A stretch of DNA of 39,815 nt, taken from the NCBI GenBank assembly GCA_046539005.1, contig JBKHHV010000001.1, positions 1 to 39,815 on the forward strand, written 5' to 3'. Positions 34,426 to 39,815 of this stretch are shown piece by piece. The stretch comes from Phycisphaerae bacterium. Its GTDB lineage: Bacteria; Planctomycetota; Phycisphaerae; SM23-33. The notes beneath the pieces were generated by a model that saw only the letters and a list, made by a program, of their open reading frames with translations, was not told where the DNA came from and made no database searches. The translations under genes and the position numbers were made by a program. The number at the start of each line of letters is the position of its first letter. Within the stretch, counting starts at the first letter, position 1.

Positions 34426-35052
34426 TCACCGGCGGGCGAGGATGAACGCCCCCAGCAGCACCAGCGGAAGAACGGCCGTGATGCCCCCGGCCACCATCAC
34501 CCACACGCACGTGGACGCCGGCCAGGGGGCGCGGTTCTGCCGCAGCACGCGTACGTTGCCCAGTTCGGCCGCGGGGAACCGGCTGCGGAGCATCGACACA
34601 TGGCGCGGCGGCAGGTCCACCGCCCCTCCGGAAAGCAGCCCTGCCAGGGAGTCCGACGGCTGACGCCCGCCGGGAAGCTCACGCGCCGACTGCTCCACGT
34701 CCAGCCGCACCAGGACGATGAGGCGATCGGCAATGACCGCATCGGCGTCGGTGCTGACAGGTGAGGCAGGGCCTTGGTCCGCCGGTGCCAAGGGGTAGTA
34801 GAACACAGCCTCCCCGTGCTCGCGGTCCTCATCCGCCTCGATCAGAACCCCTTGGTCGCATAGCCGCAGGTGTGGACCGATCTGCACGAAGTTGCTCGGG
34901 GGTTTGCGCCCGGTGCCCAGTTCCTGCAGCGTGATGGGGTGGGGCTCCTGCCCCGCACCACCCCCGATGGCGTGCTGACGGTAGCCGGCCGTCGCCAGCA
35001 CACCGCCCAACGCCACGAATACCCCCACCAGCGCAAACCGCAGGAAGACCAT
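34426..35052 (-). CDS. Hypothetical membrane protein (N- and C-terminal TM helices)
   Basis: ATG at 35052 (MVFLRFALVGVFVALGGVLATAGY) with GAGG upstream. C-terminal TM VWVMVAGGITAVLPLVLLGAFIL. I recognise no family. Confidence 0.6.
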   Translation of the reverse strand: MVFLRFALVGVFVALGGVLATAGYRQHAIGGGAGQEPHPITLQELGTGRKPPSNFVQIGPHLRLCDQGVLIEADEDREHGEAVFYYPLAPADQGPASPVSTDADAVIADRLIVLVRLDVEQSARELPGGRQPSDSLAGLLSGGAVDLPPRHVSMLRSRFPAAELGNVRVLRQNRAPWPASTCVWVMVAGGITAVLPLVLLGAFILARR

Positions 35053-35418
35053 CGAGCTACCTCGTCTGGACACGACAGGAACCCCGCCCGCTACCGGACC
35101 GGTCCGCTACCGAATGCTTCGGCCAACGGCTTGCCTAACATTCAACATAAGAACAGGTTATGCGCAAAATGCCGGCGGACCCCTTCCGCTGCCTTCGCAA
35201 CATGGACGCAGAGTCGACATCTTACGCAATGGTGGGAAACGCTCCCGGTTCCGCTGGTGTTGCAGGCTGGTCCGCAGAATGGTTGTCACCGAAGCCGGTC
35301 GTCGTGGGGCGACTGGTGGCGGTCAGCCGATTGCATTGCCCGCAGGCGGCGCGGTATGGTGCAGGTCGGCCGACGTGGCCGAGACGACCGGCGAGTCCAG
35401 GGACGGAGACACGGTGAG

Positions 35419-36684
35419 ATGGACAGATTTCTGATCCAGGGCGGCACCCGCCTGCGAGGCGAGGTGCGCATTGGCGGGGCGAAGAACGCAGCCCTTCCCA
35501 TCATGGCAGCGGCACTGTTGGCCGACGGGCCTTCGGTTATCCGCGACGTGCCGGACCTGGCCGATATCCGTGCCATGGCCGACCTGCTGTGCGACCTGGG
35601 CGCCCCCACCACCCGCGATTCCGACGGCACCCTGCGTATCGCCGTGCAGGACGAATCCAGCTCGCACGCCGAATACGACCGCGTCCGCAAGATGCGCGCC
35701 AGCATCTGCGTGCTGGGTCCGCTGCTGGCCAAGCGCCGCTCGGCGAGGGTTGCGATGCCCGGCGGGTGTGCCATCGGCTCCCGCCCGGTCGACCTGCACC
35801 TTCGCGGGCTGCGTGCCCTGGGGGCCGAGATCGAACTCGACGGCGGCGATATCGTCGCATCCGCACGAAAACTGCACGGGGCAAGCGTCTTCCTGGGCGG
35901 GCCCTTCGGCTCGACCGTGCTGGGCACCGCCAACGTCATGATGGCCGCCTGCCTCGCCGACGGACGCACCGTGATCGAGTCGGCCGCGTGCGAGCCGGAA
36001 ATCGCCGACCTTGCCGATTACCTCACGAAGATGGGCGCCCGCATCGAGGGGGCAGGCACCCCCCGCGTGGTCATCGACGGGGTCGACCGCCTCCGCGGCG
36101 TCGAACACACCGTCATCGCCGACCGCATCGAGGCCGGCACCTTCATGATCGCCGCGGCGCTGACCAACGGCGAAGTGAAAGTGCGGAACGTGCACACCGA
36201 GCACATGCTGGCAGTCGTCGACCGGATGGGCGACATCGGCGTGGGCATCGAGCACGAGGACGGCGGGGTGGTGGTCTCCAGTGCCCGCCGGCTGGAACCG
36301 GTGGACATCACCACCTATCCGTACCCCGGTTTTCCCACCGACCTGCAGGCCCAGATCATGACGCTGCTGTGCCTTGCCGACGGCAACAGCGCGATTACCG
36401 AAAAGATATTCCCCGACCGTTTCATGCACGTGGCGGAACTGCTGCGGATGGGCGCCAATATCCGCAAGGAAGGTCCCACCGCGATCGTCACCGGCGTCAA
36501 GAAGCTCATCGGCGCGCCGGTGATGGCCAGCGACCTGCGAGCCTCGGCGGCGCTGGTGCTGGCGGGGCTGGTGGCACGGGGTACCACCACCGTCCAGCGG
36601 GTCTACCACATCGACCGCGGCTACGACAGCATCGAGACCAAGCTCCGCGGGCTGGGCGCGAATATCAAGCGCGTCAGCGAGTAG
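35419..36684 (+). CDS. murA: UDP-N-acetylglucosamine 1-carboxyvinyltransferase
   Basis: MDRFLIQGGTRLRGEVRIGGAKNAALPIMAAALLA and the active-site loop KMRASICVLGPLLA...PGGCAIGSRPVDLHL, with the Cys present. 421 aa. Confidence 0.92.
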   Translation: MDRFLIQGGTRLRGEVRIGGAKNAALPIMAAALLADGPSVIRDVPDLADIRAMADLLCDLGAPTTRDSDGTLRIAVQDESSSHAEYDRVRKMRASICVLGPLLAKRRSARVAMPGGCAIGSRPVDLHLRGLRALGAEIELDGGDIVASARKLHGASVFLGGPFGSTVLGTANVMMAACLADGRTVIESAACEPEIADLADYLTKMGARIEGAGTPRVVIDGVDRLRGVEHTVIADRIEAGTFMIAAALTNGEVKVRNVHTEHMLAVVDRMGDIGVGIEHEDGGVVVSSARRLEPVDITTYPYPGFPTDLQAQIMTLLCLADGNSAITEKIFPDRFMHVAELLRMGANIRKEGPTAIVTGVKKLIGAPVMASDLRASAALVLAGLVARGTTTVQRVYHIDRGYDSIETKLRGLGANIKRVSE

Positions 36685-38416
36685 CCTCGCGCAAACCGGC
36701 ACCGGCGAGCGAACCCGATGCGCCGCCGGCCTGTTTCAGGTCCCACACGTAGACGTTCACCGACCGGGCCGGAATGTGGAGCGTCGGCTCGGTGGGGTCC
36801 ACCTTCACCGGCTCGCCCTCCAGCAGGTCGGTCAGGTCGCGGATGAACGGCGTGCTGTTTCGGGGCTGTGCCTGCCATCCGTACCGCGTAACCGCCCGGG
36901 GTGTGCCCAGACCCTTCAGCGTGACCCGCAACGGCAGGTCGCGGTCCCACGAGCGATTGATCACGTGCAGGTACAGCCTGCCCTCGTCGGCCGTGGTCAC
37001 CGCGTCCAGCAGGGCGACGGTTCCCGGCGGCGTCGCCCAGCCGATGCGAAGGTCCACCGGGACGGTCGGCACCTGCCCCAGCTCCGACCGCACCAGCCAT
37101 CGGCCGTGGTTGCGGGCGCTCAACATCGTCGTGACCCCGGTGGGCAGCAGGCCGGGCGGCTCGTTTCCGTCCGGGTCCACGCGAATGGCGGTAATGCCCC
37201 AACTCCTGCCCACCAGCAGCGACTGGTTGGCGAGCTTCACGTGAGCGGCATTGCGGATGAGCCCGTGCAGGAAACCCGCCGAGCCCACGCCGGCCGCCCA
37301 CAGCGGGTCGAAGCCGGGACGGGGCTTGAGCTTCCGCTCGCCCCACCCGTTCCAGTTCCACTCGGTGACGCCGGTGGTCTTGCACATCTCGGTGTATTGG
37401 CGGTACACGTCGCCAAACGCCACGCACTGCCCGTTGGGGTCGTATTCGCCGGGCATGGCCACGAAGACCCGCCACCAGTCGGCGTCGCCGAACTGGTTGG
37501 GATCGGCGTTGTCGGGCTGCTGCATGGGCCCGGGCGCATAGGCGTGGTGGGTGAGTATCTCCACGCGCCGGCGAATCCCCGGCCGCTTCGACAGCCTCGC
37601 CAGAACGCTGTCCTCCCGACGCGGGCCGTCCATGAGGATCGTGATCGACGGATCCACCTGCTTCATGCGATCAATGACGGCAGTAAGACACTCGGCGTAC
37701 CGGTCGGCCGCCTTCTGGGGAGTGTCGAGGCCGAGGTGTTCCTCCCGCTGCACCTTGCCCTGCACGATCCACAGCTCGTTGCCCGCCTGCCACAGCTTCA
37801 CGCCGTAGGGGGCGGGGTGCCCGTTGCGGGCCCGCAGGCGGGGCCATTTCTCCAGGTCGCCGGGCAGGTCGACACCCAGGGGAGCATTACAGTAAGCCAC
37901 GTACGCCGCCGCCTCGTAAGCGACCTGCTCCAGTGTCTGCATGTCTCGGACAGCCGCCAGCACCTTCACCACCAGCAGCGGCTGGGAGTCCAGTTCATCG
38001 CAGAGGGCGAGGAATTCGTCCAGCCCGAAACGGTTGGTGATCCTCCCGCCGGTATGCCCGACGGTGGTGGGACGGGGCTTGCCCTCGCGGCCCGGTGCGT
38101 TGGAGACCATGTCCCGCCAGTCGATGTAGTCCACGTCCGAGCCTCCGGGGAACCGCAGCAGCGGAATCTTCATGTGCTTCATGAGCGTCACCACCCGGGG
38201 GTCGAGGGTATGGGTGCCCGGCAGCAGGGCGGCTTCGGGGCCGGGCTCGCCCCAGCTTGCCCGCTCCAGGAACTGTCCGAAGATGCGGGAGTCGACCTCG
38301 GCGAGAGTCTCGTTGGTTACCGTCAGGCGCGGGCCTGTGTAGCTGCCCGAACAGCCGCACAGCAGCACAGCCGCCAGGAAAGCGGCGAGAAACAGGGGGG
38401 CAAGTCCGTTGGCCAT
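36674..38416 (-). CDS. Lipoprotein glycoside hydrolase, GH51-like (alpha-L-arabinofuranosidase-like clan GH-A fold)
   Basis: Lipobox AAVLLCGCSG. IFGQFLERASWG...IPLLRFPGGSDVDYIDW resembles the GH51 N-terminal barrel. WQAGNELW is a candidate acid/base NE motif. The family assignment is from memory of motifs only. Confidence 0.75.
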   Translation of the reverse strand: MANGLAPLFLAAFLAAVLLCGCSGSYTGPRLTVTNETLAEVDSRIFGQFLERASWGEPGPEAALLPGTHTLDPRVVTLMKHMKIPLLRFPGGSDVDYIDWRDMVSNAPGREGKPRPTTVGHTGGRITNRFGLDEFLALCDELDSQPLLVVKVLAAVRDMQTLEQVAYEAAAYVAYCNAPLGVDLPGDLEKWPRLRARNGHPAPYGVKLWQAGNELWIVQGKVQREEHLGLDTPQKAADRYAECLTAVIDRMKQVDPSITILMDGPRREDSVLARLSKRPGIRRRVEILTHHAYAPGPMQQPDNADPNQFGDADWWRVFVAMPGEYDPNGQCVAFGDVYRQYTEMCKTTGVTEWNWNGWGERKLKPRPGFDPLWAAGVGSAGFLHGLIRNAAHVKLANQSLLVGRSWGITAIRVDPDGNEPPGLLPTGVTTMLSARNHGRWLVRSELGQVPTVPVDLRIGWATPPGTVALLDAVTTADEGRLYLHVINRSWDRDLPLRVTLKGLGTPRAVTRYGWQAQPRNSTPFIRDLTDLLEGEPVKVDPTEPTLHIPARSVNVYVWDLKQAGGASGSLAGAGLREATR

Positions 38417-38454
38417 GGGGGTACCTTTCGAGACGTCTGCCGATGGTCTGGCGG

Positions 38455-38496
38455 AAGAGAAAGGGCGTCGAGACTTTCGTAATTGTCCCGACGCCC
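38455..38496 (-). terminator. Intrinsic terminator downstream of yebC
   Basis: On the minus strand: GGGCGTCGGGAC-AATTACGAAA-GTCTCGACGCCC (12-bp stem with one G:U), followed by TTTCTCTT. It starts 20 nt after the yebC stop. Confidence 0.6.
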
Positions 38497-38515
38497 GTTT
38501 GGTTGTGCGGCGCGG

Positions 38516-39265
38516 CTACGCTTCCATTTCGGCCAGCACCTCATCGGGCAGGTCGAAGTTGGCGTAGACTTTCTGCACGTCGTCGTGGTCCTCGAGATTC
38601 TCCAGGAGGTTGAGCACCTTGCGGGCGTCGTCGGCATCGACCTGGACGGTGTTTTTGGGGACCAGAGCAAGCTGGGCAACCGCCGGTGAAAGTTCGCGGG
38701 CTTCCAGCGCCTCGCGGACGTCGTTGAACGCGGCCGGCTCGCAGGTGATCTCGAAGATCTCTCCGTCCTGCTCGACATCGTCGGCGCCGGCTTCCAGGGC
38801 GATCTCCATGAGGGTATCTTCGTCGGCGGTGTCGGCGGAGATCGTGAAGGTGCCCTTCTGCTCGAACATCCACGCCACACAGTTGGTGGCTCCCAGCGAC
38901 CCGCCGCTGCGTTCAAAGATCTTCCGCATCTCGGGGGCGGTCCGGTTGCGGTTGTCGGTCAGGCAGTCGACGATGAACGCTACGCCCGCCGGGCCATAGC
39001 CTTCGTAGATGACCTGCTCGTAGTTCTCCCCGCCCAACTCGCCGGTGCCCTTCTTGATCGCCTTGGCGATCGTGTCCTTGGGCATATTGACGGCCTTGGC
39101 TTCGTCAATCGCGTACCGAAGGTTCAGGTTGGCGTCGGGGTCGCCCCCGCCGGCCTTGGCGGCGACCATGATCGCCCGGGCGCACTTGCTCCACTGCTTG
39201 CCGCGGGCGGCGTCGTTGCGGGCCTTCTTGTGCTTGATGTTTGCCCACTTGCTGTGTCCTGCCAT
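38516..39265 (-). CDS. yebC: YebC/PmpR-family DNA-binding transcriptional regulator
   Basis: N-terminus MAGHSKWANIKHKKARNDAARGK is the family signature. 249 aa. Confidence 0.92.
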   Translation of the reverse strand: MAGHSKWANIKHKKARNDAARGKQWSKCARAIMVAAKAGGGDPDANLNLRYAIDEAKAVNMPKDTIAKAIKKGTGELGGENYEQVIYEGYGPAGVAFIVDCLTDNRNRTAPEMRKIFERSGGSLGATNCVAWMFEQKGTFTISADTADEDTLMEIALEAGADDVEQDGEIFEITCEPAAFNDVREALEARELSPAVAQLALVPKNTVQVDADDARKVLNLLENLEDHDDVQKVYANFDLPDEVLAEMEA

Positions 39266-39511
39266 CTGCGTATGCTCTCCGAATTATTCGCGTTGCGTCT
39301 GTTGGTGTCGGTGGTATCGCTTTGGTCGGCCGGGGCTTTGGGAATCGCCGGTGACGGGGCCCACAGCCCGGTGCCCGACCGATATTCTAACCGATCCGGC
39401 GTTTCACACCATCCCAAAACCGCCCCCGGTCGCTTGCTTGCAGGGGCCGCGCAAGACCTTGGCCGATCGCACGCTCCCCCTCGTTTTCCGGACGGAACGA
39501 AGCGGCCGACG

Positions 39512-39815
39512 TCACGTTTTGTCGCCCAGCGAGACCTTGACCGACGCTACCGCGCGGGCCGGGATCTTCACCTTCACGGTATTGCCGCCGGCAGTGGCGC
39601 CGCCGTCCAGGCAGCGTTCCAGCAGGTCCACCTCGGCCGCATCGGTAACCGGTCCCAGCAGGTCGGGGTTGAGCTTCACGCGGGCGTTTGCCGATCGGCC
39701 GGTCGTATTCAGAAGCCGCAGCAGCAGTGCCTCGGCGTCCTCGCATTTCTTGATGCCCGTCAGCACCACCCCGGCCGGCGCCACCTCGCTTACACCCGCC
39801 AACGTCGCCGGAAGC
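39512..39815 (-). CDS. C-terminal fragment of a larger protein running off the window. The tail resembles the beta-sandwich C-termini of glycoside hydrolases such as GH38.
   Basis: The open frame reaches the window edge with high GC3. The ending ...AEVDLLERCLDGGATAGGNTVKVKIPARAVASVKVSLGDKT is of the 'NLLEE...G..V.L.L.P.EI.T..L' type. The functional guess is weak. Confidence 0.6.
   Translation of the reverse strand, partial: LPATLAGVSEVAPAGVVLTGIKKCEDAEALLLRLLNTTGRSANARVKLNPDLLGPVTDAAEVDLLERCLDGGATAGGNTVKVKIPARAVASVKVSLGDKT

Overview
High-GC bacterial chromosomal window. It is probably Planctomycetota-like; that is an inference from a PEP-CTERM tail remnant, prenyltransferase-repeat/DUF4159-like exported proteins and the general gene content. 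I support about 33 protein-coding genes, tightly packed and mostly housekeeping. In order they are: a secreted hypothetical; trxB; a BI-1/YccA membrane protein; a translationally coupled SDR-folB-folK pterin module; rpe, a degenerate histidine-phosphatase-like gene and accD (minus strand); lysS; a LolE-like permease and its ABC ATPase; gcvT-gcvH-gcvPA-gcvPB (minus strand); a divergently placed three-gene NuoF-like/HydA/NuoE-like [FeFe]-hydrogenase cluster; mutY; a HIT protein; a dGTPase-like HD protein; a HAD hydrolase; a PfkB kinase; mntP; a frameshifted PEP-CTERM remnant; two large tandem paralogous exported proteins; a 2-TM protein; murA; a GH51-like lipoprotein; yebC; and a partial C-terminal CDS at the right edge. 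I saw no rRNA, tRNA, CRISPR array, transposase, integrase or recognisable defence gene. The items most worth a second look are these. (1) The HydA H-cluster L1 motif reads TSCSPGW instead of TSCCPxW. (2) The tandem 823/772-aa paralogs combine a terpene-cyclase-like repeat region with two DUF4159-like modules and have no assignable function. (3) A ~1.16-kb gene-poor, lower-GC gap at 24.6-25.7 kb carries stacked hairpins, a decayed gene remnant and a 32-codon hydrophobic ORF. (4) A histidine-phosphatase-fold gene lacks both catalytic histidines. All protein-family calls come from motif recognition by eye, with no database search.
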